DNA of 64,000 bases, from the NCBI GenBank assembly GCA_021781475.1, contig JAJXWT010000001.1:17161-81160 (forward strand), written 5' to 3'. Position 1 is the stretch's first letter. Each line of letters begins with the position of its first letter. The DNA comes from a bacterium. GTDB lineage: Bacteria; Patescibacteriota; Saccharimonadia; Saccharimonadales; Saccharimonadaceae. Both the position numbers and the translations under genes were made by a program. Below the pieces are notes generated by a model. The model saw nothing but the letters and a program-made list of their open reading frames with translations. It had not been told where the DNA came from and searched no databases. Below, one piece after another: positions 1 to 9,376 of this stretch.

Positions 1-460
1 CGGTTTTGCCGCTGCCGGTAATGCCGTGGAGTATGGCAGTCCCAGACCCCATGCTAGTAACAGAGGACAGTGCGGCCATTTGGTCTTTGTTGAGTAAAAA
101 ATGTGTTCGGTCACGATAGTGTGTTGATGTACTAGTTTTGCGTGTGCGGCGTGTTTTGGTGATGCCCCGAGGTAGTATGGTTTGGAGCACTGTTGCCAAG
201 TGCGTTGCATAATACTCGCTCATCCACTGCGCAAGTGATAGCAAATGGCTCGGCACGGGCGGAACGCCAAAAGCCGTGGCTACGGGCTTTGTTTCGTATG
301 CTGGCTTTTTTGTGGTTTGCATGACGACTCCGAGTTGCTGTGTGGCGCCAATTGGCACATGTACGAGCTGGCCAATAGAAAGCGTGTCGGCAGAGGAGTA
401 CGTAAATGTGTGCTGTTGTGCCCGAACAATTTTTAGCGGGGCTACCTCGTAGTAATGCAT
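1..460 (-). CDS. priA: Primosomal protein N' (5' part; runs off the window start)
   Basis: Not in the ORF track. Manual translation from ATG at 460 gives MHYYEVAPLKIVRAQQHTFTYS...QWMSEYYATHLATVLQTILPRG...ILHGITGSGKT, i.e. the PriA N-terminal domain followed by the helicase Walker A motif. Confidence 0.9.
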   Translation of the reverse strand, partial: MHYYEVAPLKIVRAQQHTFTYSSADTLSIGQLVHVPIGATQQLGVVMQTTKKPAYETKPVATAFGVPPVPSHLLSLAQWMSEYYATHLATVLQTILPRGITKTRRTRKTSTSTHYRDRTHFLLNKDQMAALSSVTSMGSGTAILHGITGSGKT

Positions 461-512
461 GATTCTTTATTATACGCTGTTAGGCTGGGCGCGGTTTTGC
501 TAAAATAAGCAT

Positions 513-1169
513 ATGTATTTTGAAAATCGGTCGCAGGCAGGCCAGCACTTAGCAAACGCCCTTGTGGCGCGGTATAGATACGAAAACTGTGCGGTACTTG
601 CCCTAAGCCCCGGGGGCGTACTGGTAGGGGAGCAAATTGCGGCCGTGTTGCACTGCCCGCTTATGATGCTTTTAAGTGAAAGTATTGATATCCCCGGCGA
701 AAGCGCCACCATTGGCGCCGTAACTGATGGTGGGGGGTTTACCTATAATAGCGACATATCGCAAACGGAGCTCGACGAATACACGAGCGAGTTCCATTCA
801 TACATTGACGATAAACGGCGTGAGGCCATGGCGCATATCGATAGCCTGATCGGCGATGGTGGCGTTGTAGACACAAACCTGCTAAAAGACAGGCATATTA
901 TATTGGTATCAGATGCGTTTTATGATTTGTCTACCATTGATATGGCGCTCGCATTTTTAAAACCTATCCGTACCGGCAAGCTTATTTTTGTTGCTCCAAT
1001 TGCAACTGTACCGACCGTTGACCGGTTGCACGTTGCCGCCGACGAACTCCATATTTTAGATGTGAAAGAAAACTTTTTAGGCGTTGACCATTATTACGAA
1101 GACAATACAGTGCCGCCTGTCGAGGTAATTGTGAGCAAGATTAGCCAAATTGTACTAAACTGGCGCTAA
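513..1169 (+). CDS. Phosphoribosyltransferase-family protein
   Basis: FENRSQAGQHLA...VLALSPGGVLVG N-terminus and a degenerate PRPP-binding segment (IILVSDAFYD), typical of the predicted-PRTase family. Confidence 0.75.
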   Translation: MYFENRSQAGQHLANALVARYRYENCAVLALSPGGVLVGEQIAAVLHCPLMMLLSESIDIPGESATIGAVTDGGGFTYNSDISQTELDEYTSEFHSYIDDKRREAMAHIDSLIGDGGVVDTNLLKDRHIILVSDAFYDLSTIDMALAFLKPIRTGKLIFVAPIATVPTVDRLHVAADELHILDVKENFLGVDHYYEDNTVPPVEVIVSKISQIVLNWR

Positions 1170-1247
1170 TTAGGGCTTGCAAAGCCGTGTTTAAAAAGTG
1201 TAGAATAAAAAGCAACACACAGGAACTAATGGAGTAAAGGGAGAGCA

Positions 1248-1556
1248 GTGTTAGACGTTTTTATTACATCTCGCGTTCGGCGCAAAATCGTCGTGGTGTA
1301 CGCTAAGTACCCTGATTTCCATACACACGTTCGCGGTCTCGCCAAGCTTATTAAAGAAGATCCGGGTAACATTCAGCGCGAGCTGAAAAAGCTCGAAAAG
1401 GTGGGTTTTTTGCTGAGCGAGAAGCAAGGCAACACCAAAATTTACGCAACGAATAAACAGTTCCCGATTTTTAAAGAGCTACAAAGTATTGTGATTAAAA
1501 GCCAGCAGCAGGCGAGTGCCGGTCGGCCAAAACGCACCAACCCCGACAGTTTGTAG
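1248..1556 (+). CDS. Winged-helix (ArsR-like) transcriptional regulator
   Basis: HVRGLAKLIKEDPGNIQRELKKLEKVGFL helix-turn-helix followed by the wing (EKQGNTKIY); GTG start after GGGAG. Confidence 0.75.
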   Translation: MLDVFITSRVRRKIVVVYAKYPDFHTHVRGLAKLIKEDPGNIQRELKKLEKVGFLLSEKQGNTKIYATNKQFPIFKELQSIVIKSQQQASAGRPKRTNPDSL

Positions 1557-1572
1557 GGTATACTAAAACTAC

Positions 1573-3261
1573 ATGAGCTTATTTGAGGACATTTTGCGCG
1601 CGCGAGGCTTGGTGGGCGAAAAACGGGAAAGTTTTTTGCACCCTAATTATGCAAATAGCCACGACCCGTTCACACTGCCAGACATGGCGAAAGCGGTTGA
1701 GCGACTAGTCGAGGCGCGTAAGCGGCAGGATCACATTACCATTTACGGTGATTACGATATCGACGGCCTGACTGCAACAACGCTGCTACTTGATGCGTTT
1801 GAAAAATTCGGGTTTAAATATGTTGAGGCGTACATTCCTAACCGATTTGTCGAAGGGTATGGTTTAACCGTCGACGCGGTCGAGACCATTGCGGCGGCAG
1901 GTGCCAATATGATTGTAACGGTTGACTGTGGGAGCCTGAGCACCACCGAAATTGAGCGTGCCAATGAGCTTGGGGTTGAGGTAATTGTGACCGACCACCA
2001 CAACGTGTTAAAAATCCAACCGCCTGCCGTAGCGGTTATTAATCCGAAACGGCTTTTGGATGAACACCCAAAACTATACGAAAATTATGTGCTGAAAAAT
2101 CCACAAAAATACCCTAGTTTTTACCCATTTTTGGACTTACCTGGGGTTGGCGTGGCGTTTAAATTAGTTCAGGCGCTGCAAACACGGCTTGACGGCCTGC
2201 CGATTAGCCAAGAAAAGTGGCTACTGGACTTGGTGGGGCTTGGTACGGTGTGCGACGTGGTAACGCTGCAAGACGAAAACCGAACACACGTATATTATGG
2301 TTTGCAGGTGTTAAAAAAGACCCGCCGGCCGGGCCTTACTGCGCTTATGGCGGTTTCGGGTGTTGAGCAACAGGCCGTAAACGCCCGAAATTGCGGGTTC
2401 CAACTTGGCCCGCGCATGAACGCTTCGGGGCGCTTAGACACCGCTTTGTATAGCCTTGAAATGTTACGAGCAACGGATAGCATGACAGCGCTTGATAAGG
2501 CTCAGCAACTCGATGCGATGAACCTTGAGCGTCGCAAGGAGCAAGATAGGATTTTTAAGGCTGCCATTGAAAAAGCTGAAGCAATGCAAAAAGACCATGT
2601 GCTGGTTGTGAGCGGCAAAGGTTGGAGCCATGGCATTATTGGCATTGTGGCTGCTAAATTATTAGAAAAATATAAAAAGCCAGCCTTTGTACTTGAAGAA
2701 CTTGGCGAAGAATCAAAGGGTAGCGCCCGAAGTTTTGGCGACTTTAGCGCCGCAGATGCTATCCGGGCAAGCGACGATATTATTGCGAAAGGCGGTGGCC
2801 ACAAACTGGCAGCGGGCGTCACTCTGCCAACCAACAATATTGCTGCATTTCGCACGCGTGTAAATCAATTTTATGAATCGTTGCACCTACAGGATCAAGC
2901 GCAAAAGCTGCTCCCCAATGCTGATGTAACCATTACTGACTTGCATGAAATCGACGAGGCACTTGTGAGCCAATTGGCGCAACTAGAGCCATTTGGGAAC
3001 GGGAACCCAGAGCCGGTTTTGCGGCTTGACCATGCCGTTGTAGCCAATGTTCGGCGCATGGGGGGCGACGGCCAACACATTAAGATTCGGATTCAGGATG
3101 CAAACCATAAAACAATTGAGCTATTAGCATTCAGCGCGCCCATGCAGTGGTTTATCGAGCCTGGGGAGTATGTGAACGTATGGTTTGAGCCGACAATTAA
3201 CCGGTGGAATGGCACCACGTCTGTTGAGGGCCGGCTTGTGCGGCTTGAAGTAGTTGCATAG
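1573..3261 (+). CDS. recJ: Single-stranded-DNA-specific exonuclease RecJ
   Basis: DHH family motifs GDYDIDG, VTDHH and DHHA1 GGGHKLAAG; RNCGFQLGPRMNASGR. Confidence 0.96.
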   Translation: MSLFEDILRARGLVGEKRESFLHPNYANSHDPFTLPDMAKAVERLVEARKRQDHITIYGDYDIDGLTATTLLLDAFEKFGFKYVEAYIPNRFVEGYGLTVDAVETIAAAGANMIVTVDCGSLSTTEIERANELGVEVIVTDHHNVLKIQPPAVAVINPKRLLDEHPKLYENYVLKNPQKYPSFYPFLDLPGVGVAFKLVQALQTRLDGLPISQEKWLLDLVGLGTVCDVVTLQDENRTHVYYGLQVLKKTRRPGLTALMAVSGVEQQAVNARNCGFQLGPRMNASGRLDTALYSLEMLRATDSMTALDKAQQLDAMNLERRKEQDRIFKAAIEKAEAMQKDHVLVVSGKGWSHGIIGIVAAKLLEKYKKPAFVLEELGEESKGSARSFGDFSAADAIRASDDIIAKGGGHKLAAGVTLPTNNIAAFRTRVNQFYESLHLQDQAQKLLPNADVTITDLHEIDEALVSQLAQLEPFGNGNPEPVLRLDHAVVANVRRMGGDGQHIKIRIQDANHKTIELLAFSAPMQWFIEPGEYVNVWFEPTINRWNGTTSVEGRLVRLEVVA

Positions 3262-3291
3262 CCGGTTTTAATCTGTTACAATAAAGCGGAT

Positions 3292-3507
3292 ATGGTACAA
3301 GTTACACGTAAAGATGAACGCGAAGCGAACGAAAACATCATTCGTCGCTTTAACCGCAAAGTTTTGCAGAGCGGTGTTTTGGCAGAGGCCAAATCGAAAA
3401 TGCGCTTTGAAAAGCCATTAAGCAAGACAGAGCGTCGCCAAAAGGCGATTATTCGCAAAGAGCGTAAAGCCGACAAAATGGCAAAAATGCGCCTAGGAGT
3501 CCGTTAG
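3292..3507 (+). CDS. rpsU: 30S ribosomal protein S21
   Basis: ENIIRRFNRKV...RFEKPLSKTERR, basic 71 aa. Confidence 0.88.
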   Translation: MVQVTRKDEREANENIIRRFNRKVLQSGVLAEAKSKMRFEKPLSKTERRQKAIIRKERKADKMAKMRLGVR

Positions 3508-3510
3508 TTA

Positions 3511-3966
3511 ATGGCGCTGAAAGAGCGCATACACGACGAAATGAAAGCCGCCTTATTGGGCGGCAATCGTTTTGTTGGTGAGACCCTCCGCAACCTAAAG
3601 GCCGCTATCCTCAACGAAGAAGTGGCGACTGGTAAGCGCGAGCAGGGACTAAGCGATGACGAAATTGAACGTGTCATTGCAAAAGAAGTCAAAAAACGCA
3701 ACGAAAGCGCAAAACTATACCGCGACAATGGGCGCGATGATTTGGCTGAGTCCGAAGAAAAAGAGCTTGCAGTTTTGAGCACCTACCTGCCACAGCAAAT
3801 GAGCGAAGCTGAGCTACGCAGCTTGGTGTATAAAAAGGTTGCCGATCTTGGCGCGAGCGGTCCGCAGATGATGGGCCAGGTGATCGGCGCTGTGAAAAAA
3901 GACGCCGGTAATACTGCCGACGGCGCATTAATTGCGACACTCGTGAAAGAAGCATTAAACAAATAA
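3511..3966 (+). CDS. GatB/YqeY domain protein
   Basis: LKERIHDEMKAA...KKRNESAKLY...YLPQQMSE...MGQVIG; canonical position after rpsU. Confidence 0.9.
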   Translation: MALKERIHDEMKAALLGGNRFVGETLRNLKAAILNEEVATGKREQGLSDDEIERVIAKEVKKRNESAKLYRDNGRDDLAESEEKELAVLSTYLPQQMSEAELRSLVYKKVADLGASGPQMMGQVIGAVKKDAGNTADGALIATLVKEALNK

Positions 3967-3980
3967 CAAAGGAAAATGAA

Positions 3981-4535
3981 ATGATTTTATTATTTGGTCC
4001 GACTGGCGCTGGTAAAAGCATGCAGGGGCAAATGCTGGCTGTACGCCAGGGTTGGAAATGGCTGAGCACCGGTGAAATGTTACGCCAAAGTACCGACCCG
4101 GCAGTGGCTGACACGCTCCGCCGCGGTGAGCTAGTGAGCGACGAGCTCACCTACGATGTCTTTGAAAAGGCGGTCCAGGGAGCTCGCAACAAAAACTACC
4201 CTAATATTATTGTCGATGGGTTTCCGCGCACCAAAGAACAGGCTGCATGGCTTGATGATTACTTGCAGGTACATCACGAAGTAATAGACCTGGTTGTGGT
4301 GCTAGAGGTGCCGGAAAGCGAAATTATGGTGCGCCTGGCAAAGCGCCAGCGCATGGAAGACACGCCCGAGACAATTGAACGCCGCATGGCGATTTATCGT
4401 CAAAAAATGTATCCGGTACTTGGGATTTTTGCCGAAGCGGGTATAAAAATTATCCACCTTGATGGCACGGGGACGGCTGGCGAAGTGCACGATCGTATTT
4501 ATGCAGAGGTCGAAAAGGTATGTCCAGCACATTAA
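3981..4535 (+). CDS. adk: Adenylate kinase (short, LID-less type)
   Basis: P-loop GPTGAGKS, GELVSD, DGFPRTKEQA; sits directly before map. Confidence 0.88.
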   Translation: MILLFGPTGAGKSMQGQMLAVRQGWKWLSTGEMLRQSTDPAVADTLRRGELVSDELTYDVFEKAVQGARNKNYPNIIVDGFPRTKEQAAWLDDYLQVHHEVIDLVVVLEVPESEIMVRLAKRQRMEDTPETIERRMAIYRQKMYPVLGIFAEAGIKIIHLDGTGTAGEVHDRIYAEVEKVCPAH

Positions 4536-5293
4536 TTACCGGCCGCAAAACGCCAGAACAGCTACAGGCAATGCGTGAAGGCGGTAAAATTATCGCACGG
4601 ATTTTTGAAGACATTAAAAAATTTGCTCATGCGGGTATTTCTGAAAAGATGGTCGACGAGTTTGTAGATAAAAAAATTATCGAGTATGGTGCGCAGGCGA
4701 CATATAAAACCGACGAGGTTAAGTTCCCTGGTGCAATTTGTATCAGTACGAATGAGGAGATTGTCCACGGGATTCCTACGGACTACATTTTTGAAAAAGG
4801 TGACATTGTCAGCTTTGACCTTGTGGTTACCTATAAATCAATGAAAACCGATGCGGCGTTTACCATGGTGATTGATGATGAGCCAAAGGGCGCCGTAAAG
4901 CTATTGCTTCGTGCGACTGAACAAAGCTTGTACGCGGGTATCGCGGCAATTAAAGGGCCGGTCAAAACCGGTGATATTGGTGAAGCGGTCGAACACGTGC
5001 TGGCAGGGGCGCGGCTGGGTATTGTGCGTGATTTGGTTGGACATGGTGTCGGCCTTAAGATGCACATGCCACCAGATATTCCTAACTATGGCCGCAAGGG
5101 CACGGGTGTGTTGCTGCAGCCGGGCGATACAATCGCGATTGAGCCAATGGCCACCCTTGGCAAAGGATCGATTGCGTATGTGGGTAATGGCGATGAATGG
5201 ACGATTGCGACCCGCGACGGCAGTTTGGCGGCACATTTTGAACATACGGTGCTGATTACAGATGGCGGTGCCGAGATTTTAACCCTGGCGTAA
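4520..5293 (+). CDS. map: Methionine aminopeptidase type I
   Basis: CISTNEEIVHGIP, GHGVG..MH, AIEPM, AAHFEHTV. Confidence 0.96.
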   Translation: MSSTLITGRKTPEQLQAMREGGKIIARIFEDIKKFAHAGISEKMVDEFVDKKIIEYGAQATYKTDEVKFPGAICISTNEEIVHGIPTDYIFEKGDIVSFDLVVTYKSMKTDAAFTMVIDDEPKGAVKLLLRATEQSLYAGIAAIKGPVKTGDIGEAVEHVLAGARLGIVRDLVGHGVGLKMHMPPDIPNYGRKGTGVLLQPGDTIAIEPMATLGKGSIAYVGNGDEWTIATRDGSLAAHFEHTVLITDGGAEILTLA

Positions 5294-5318
5294 GTGATAC
5301 TTATGCTATACTAAAGTC

Positions 5319-6566
5319 ATGCAAGATTCTTCTAGGTACGCAGTCGGTATTGACGTGGGGACAACGACAGTTCGTGCAGTCGTCGGCCATGTTGACCCGG
5401 TGAATGGTACACCCACTATTGTGGGCGTTGGCGTTGCCCCAAATGGGGGCATGCGCAAAGGAATTATTACAAACTTACATGGCCCCGCACAGGCTATCGA
5501 CGCGGCGCTTGGCGAAGCAGAACGCATGAGCGGCTACGAAGTCAACGAGGCGACCGTCAGCGTGAATGGTTCGCACATACTCAGCACAAAGGCTGATGGC
5601 ATGATTGCCGTTGGTATGATGGACCACGAAATTAATGCCGATGACCTTGCCCGGGTTGAGGGTGTTGCCACAGTTGGCAAGATTCCCCCGAACCGCGAAG
5701 TACTGCAGGTGGTGCCCCATAGCTATATTTTGGATGGTCAACAGGGGATCAAAGAGCCTTTAGGCATGAGCGGCAGCCGGCTTGAAATTGATGCCAATGT
5801 GGTGTCCGCGCTGACGCCGTATGTGCAAAACGTTGAAAAAGTCGCCGAAATGGCAACGGTTCGCTCGCATGGCATTGTCGCCGCCGGCCTAGGCGCAGCG
5901 AAAGCAGTGCTTAAGGAGGCCCAGCTTGAGAGTGGCGTTGCGGTAGTTGACCTTGGTGGCGCTACCACCACCGTATCGGTATTTGAAGAGGGTGACCTGC
6001 AATATGTTGGGGTTGTCCCAGTTGGCGGCATGAACATTACAAATGATCTTGCAATTGGCCTTAAAACAGACCCTGAGGTCGCCGAAGAAGTAAAGTTGAA
6101 ACATGCAAGCCTTGTTAAGCGTGAGAATCACGAGCCTGTGCACATAAAAGTCAACACCGAATCGTATGAGTTCGATATGCAAGATATCGATGAAATTGTT
6201 GAGGCGCGCCTTGAAGAAATTTTTGAATCAGTGCAAAAAGAGCTCAAAAAAGCAGGGAGTGCCGGGAAATTACCGAGTGGTGTTGTGCTGACTGGTGGCA
6301 CTGCGAATATGAAAGGCATAGCCGATTTTGCGAAAGATCGCTTAGGCCTTGCGGCCCGGGTTGGAAAACCGTCGGGTTTTGGCGGGGTGGCTGACAGCGT
6401 GACAAACCCTGAATTTGCCACTGCGGTTGGCCTGATGTTATTGGATGCGGAGTCTGATTCTGTTGGTCACAAGCATGTTGCAAAACATAGCAGCGTAGAC
6501 TTTAAGGACGCCGCCAAAAAGACCACTGGAATGCTCAATAAGTTCTTGTCACGGTTTAAAGCCTAA
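5319..6566 (+). CDS. ftsA: Cell division protein FtsA
   Basis: GIDVGTT, VVDLGGATT, VVLTGGTA actin-like motifs; upstream of ftsZ. Confidence 0.96.
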   Translation: MQDSSRYAVGIDVGTTTVRAVVGHVDPVNGTPTIVGVGVAPNGGMRKGIITNLHGPAQAIDAALGEAERMSGYEVNEATVSVNGSHILSTKADGMIAVGMMDHEINADDLARVEGVATVGKIPPNREVLQVVPHSYILDGQQGIKEPLGMSGSRLEIDANVVSALTPYVQNVEKVAEMATVRSHGIVAAGLGAAKAVLKEAQLESGVAVVDLGGATTTVSVFEEGDLQYVGVVPVGGMNITNDLAIGLKTDPEVAEEVKLKHASLVKRENHEPVHIKVNTESYEFDMQDIDEIVEARLEEIFESVQKELKKAGSAGKLPSGVVLTGGTANMKGIADFAKDRLGLAARVGKPSGFGGVADSVTNPEFATAVGLMLLDAESDSVGHKHVAKHSSVDFKDAAKKTTGMLNKFLSRFKA

Positions 6567-6629
6567 CTTTTGTGTTCAATCAGTGGTATACTTTTATAAA
6601 AGATAGATTGTAGCAGATAGGGAGTAGAG

Positions 6630-7820
6630 ATGCCTGAGTTAAAAGCAGATGACATACAGACCTTTGCCAGCATAAAAGTGGTTGGCGTTGGTGGCGCGGG
6701 TGGTTCGGCCGTTAACCGCATGAAAGATGCCGGTTTATCGGGTGTGCAATTTATTGCCATGAACACCGATGCCCAGGCGCTCCATAACTCAAGGGCGGAT
6801 GTAAAAATTCATTTGGGCCATAATACGACCAACGGCCTTGGCGCCGGTGCGGACCCAAGCGTGGGCGAAGCGGCCGCGCGCGAAAGCGCTGACGAAATTC
6901 GAGAGGCACTTATGGGGGCCGACATGGTTTTTGTCACAATCGGTGCCGGTGGCGGTACTGGTAGTGGTGCGGGCCATGTGGTCGCCGAGCAAGCACGCGA
7001 TCTTGGTATCCTAGTGGTTGGCGTTGCGACCAAGCCGTTTAGCTTTGAGGGCGAAAAGCGTCGTACCAATGCTGAATGGGCAATCGCCCAGCTTGGCAAG
7101 CAAGTAGACACCTTAATTACTATTCCTAACGATCGCTTGTTGCAAACCATTGACCGCCGAACGCCCCTCCTTGAAACGTTCAAAATTGCCGATGATGTAC
7201 TGCGCCAGGGTGTTCAAGGGATTAGCGAGCTAATTACCGAACATGGCTTGATTAACCTAGACTTTGCCGATGTAAAGGCAATTATGAGCAATGCCGGGAG
7301 CGCCCTTATGGGTATTGGCCGCGCGAGTGGCGATAACCGTGCCGCCCAGGCTGCGCAGCAGGCCATCGAAAGTCCTTTGATTGAGGTCTCGATTGATGGT
7401 GCTCGTGGCGTGCTGTTTAACGTAACCGGTGGTTACGACATGAGCATGAGTGAAATCCAAGAAGCGGCCGAGATTATCACGAGCGCGGTAAGCCCAGATG
7501 CGAACATAATTTTTGGTGCGACCTTAAAGCCCGATCTCGAAGACGAGCTGATTATTACCGTTATTGCGACTGGCTTTGATAGCGAATACTTTAAAGAGCA
7601 AGCCGATAAAGTGGGCATGCCAGCACAGGTAGTTCAGGGTGCCCCGAGCCTCGACGAGGCAGTGGCGCAAATTGACGCCGAAAAGCCGAATACGGATGTG
7701 GCAGAACACTTTGCGGCCGAGCCTGTCCATAATATCTGGGATGAGCCGAAAGAAGACGAAGAGGACGATACGCCTGCGTTTTTGCGTCGCCGCAAAAAGC
7801 GTCAGCAGGGTGAGGAATAG
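6630..7820 (+). CDS. ftsZ: Cell division protein FtsZ
   Basis: GGGTGSG tubulin signature, NLDFADV, C-terminal peptide DTPAFLRR. Confidence 0.98.
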   Translation: MPELKADDIQTFASIKVVGVGGAGGSAVNRMKDAGLSGVQFIAMNTDAQALHNSRADVKIHLGHNTTNGLGAGADPSVGEAAARESADEIREALMGADMVFVTIGAGGGTGSGAGHVVAEQARDLGILVVGVATKPFSFEGEKRRTNAEWAIAQLGKQVDTLITIPNDRLLQTIDRRTPLLETFKIADDVLRQGVQGISELITEHGLINLDFADVKAIMSNAGSALMGIGRASGDNRAAQAAQQAIESPLIEVSIDGARGVLFNVTGGYDMSMSEIQEAAEIITSAVSPDANIIFGATLKPDLEDELIITVIATGFDSEYFKEQADKVGMPAQVVQGAPSLDEAVAQIDAEKPNTDVAEHFAAEPVHNIWDEPKEDEEDDTPAFLRRRKKRQQGEE

Positions 7821-7822
7821 GC

Positions 7823-8287
7823 ATGCCCGGATCGATGCGGAGTATTAAAATCGGTGATAGCCGTGTGCTTGAAAGCCGCGAATCGGCAGATGGTATCACG
7901 ATTCGCCGTCGCCGCGAAGCGCCAGATGGTCGGCGCTTTACCACCTACGAACGGATTGAGTACCCAAACCTCGCCGTGATTAAAAAAGACGGGGTGCGCG
8001 AGTTGTTTGACCGCGAAAAGCTGGCGAATTCAACACACAAGTCAGTCGGAAAATTTTTTGCGAGTGAACTTGAAGTTGAAGAAATCATCAATAATGTTGA
8101 GTCGGCCTTATATGAGCTAGGCGAAAATGAAATTCAGTCCAGGAAAATTGGCGAACTTGTGCTTGACGAACTTGCAAAAAAGAACGAGGTTGCGTATGTC
8201 CGCTTTGCGAGTGTGTTTTATAAGTTTGAGACCCTAAACGATTTTGTGAATATTCTTGAACAACGCCAGCGAAAGGCGCCAAACTAA
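7823..8287 (+). CDS. nrdR: Transcriptional repressor NrdR (cysteine-free variant)
   Basis: IRRRRE...RFTTYER, ATP-cone (VIKKDGVRELFDREKL), VAYVRFASV. Confidence 0.9.
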   Translation: MPGSMRSIKIGDSRVLESRESADGITIRRRREAPDGRRFTTYERIEYPNLAVIKKDGVRELFDREKLANSTHKSVGKFFASELEVEEIINNVESALYELGENEIQSRKIGELVLDELAKKNEVAYVRFASVFYKFETLNDFVNILEQRQRKAPN

Positions 8288-8295
8288 GGGGCGCC

Positions 8296-8562
8296 ATGAA
8301 GGTTATTGTCCTCGCGCGTGAAGCAACCGATTATGCGCGGGCAGTCGATACTTTTGTGAGCGACTTTGCTCGACAAACTGGTCGGCAGCTCACAGTTATC
8401 GATGCTGATTCTAAAGAGGCGGATTCGTATATTCAAACCTATGATATCCTTGAGTTCCCGGCCATTATCGCGCTTTCTAATGATGGTCAGATGCAAAACA
8501 TGTGGGTTGGCGCAACGTTACCAACAATAAGCGAGGTAAGCTACTATGCTGGGCAAAATTAA
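8296..8562 (+). CDS. Small hypothetical protein, possible thioredoxin-like fold without CxxC
   Basis: IDADS...YDILEFPAII resembles the thioredoxin cis-Pro segment; no Cys; overlaps the VKOR start. Confidence 0.55.
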   Translation: MKVIVLAREATDYARAVDTFVSDFARQTGRQLTVIDADSKEADSYIQTYDILEFPAIIALSNDGQMQNMWVGATLPTISEVSYYAGQN

Positions 8563-9154
8563 ATCATTATTCGTGCATGATTACACGCGACTCTTTGCGG
8601 TGATGACTATTGGTGCTGTTTTGGGGCTTGTCGCTTCCTTTACGCTTTCGGTCGAGGCGATTCAAATCGCAAAAAATGCTAATACGGTGTTGTCGTGCGA
8701 CATTAATGCCGCCATAAGCTGTGGCGCCGTAGGCCGCACGCCCCAGGCGAGCCTACTGGGTTTCCCGAATGCCTTTATTGGTGTCGTTAGCTTTTCAGTG
8801 ATGTTGACGGTTGCGGTGGCGGGTTTAATGGGAACTCGGTTCCCAAAGCTCTTTATGTATCTTGGTTGGCTGGGCGCAATTGCCGGTTTTATATTCGCCG
8901 CGTGGATGTTTTTGAACAGTGTGTTTGTGATTGGCGTGCTATGTCCGTGGTGCCTGACAACGGATGTTGCGACACTGACCGTATTATGGGCGCTGACCCG
9001 GTACAACATTCGTGAGCATAATTTGTACGTATTTAAGCGTATGCAAAAAGCAGCAACGAGCTGTGTGCAAAAAAACTACGACACGCTGTCGTTTGTTGCT
9101 ATCGCTGTTTTGGCGGTGCTAATTGTGATAGTTGCCCTTGGCAAGCAACTTTAA
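8546..9154 (+). CDS. Vitamin K epoxide reductase (VKOR) family disulfide-bond protein
   Basis: SCDINAAISC loop cysteines, LLGFPNA, CPWC redox motif, several TM helices. Confidence 0.92.
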   Translation: MLGKIKSLFVHDYTRLFAVMTIGAVLGLVASFTLSVEAIQIAKNANTVLSCDINAAISCGAVGRTPQASLLGFPNAFIGVVSFSVMLTVAVAGLMGTRFPKLFMYLGWLGAIAGFIFAAWMFLNSVFVIGVLCPWCLTTDVATLTVLWALTRYNIREHNLYVFKRMQKAATSCVQKNYDTLSFVAIAVLAVLIVIVALGKQL

Positions 9155-9186
9155 CGTATAGCCTGGAATGTTTAGCAAAACGGCGT

Positions 9187-9192
9187 TATAAT
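9187..9192 (+). promoter_or_regulatory. -10 box (TATAAT) of the ileS leader
   Basis: Perfect TATAAT 27 bp upstream of T-box Stem I. Confidence 0.6.
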
Positions 9193-9218
9193 AGGCGTTA
9201 TACAGCGTTTTGCCTTTT

Positions 9219-9376
9219 GGCAAATGAGTGGTTATCACCCACGAATGCTAGTGGAAAGAACGGCACCAGCCCAGTAGACTCCACCGTGAACGCGGCGATA
9301 CAGCGGCAAAGCAAGCGCTAAAAGAACTGTTTCTTTTGGAAGCGAGATGGCACCATCCGTTATGACGGATTCTCGC
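9219..9376 (+). ncRNA. T-box riboswitch (Ile, ultrashort Stem I)
   Basis: Stem I GGCA-AAUGA-GUGG-UUAUCAC-CCAC-GAA-UGCU with Ile codon AUC (9234-9236) in the loop. Stem II GUGGA..AGAAC..CAGUAGA..UCCAC. Stem III CUAAAAGAA/UUCUUUUGG. Discriminator helix GCGAGA-[UGGCACC]-AUCCG/CGGAU-UCUCGC. Lies directly upstream of ileS. Confidence 0.88.

Noticed and set aside
245-436. 63-aa + strand ORF
   Set aside because: Antisense to priA.
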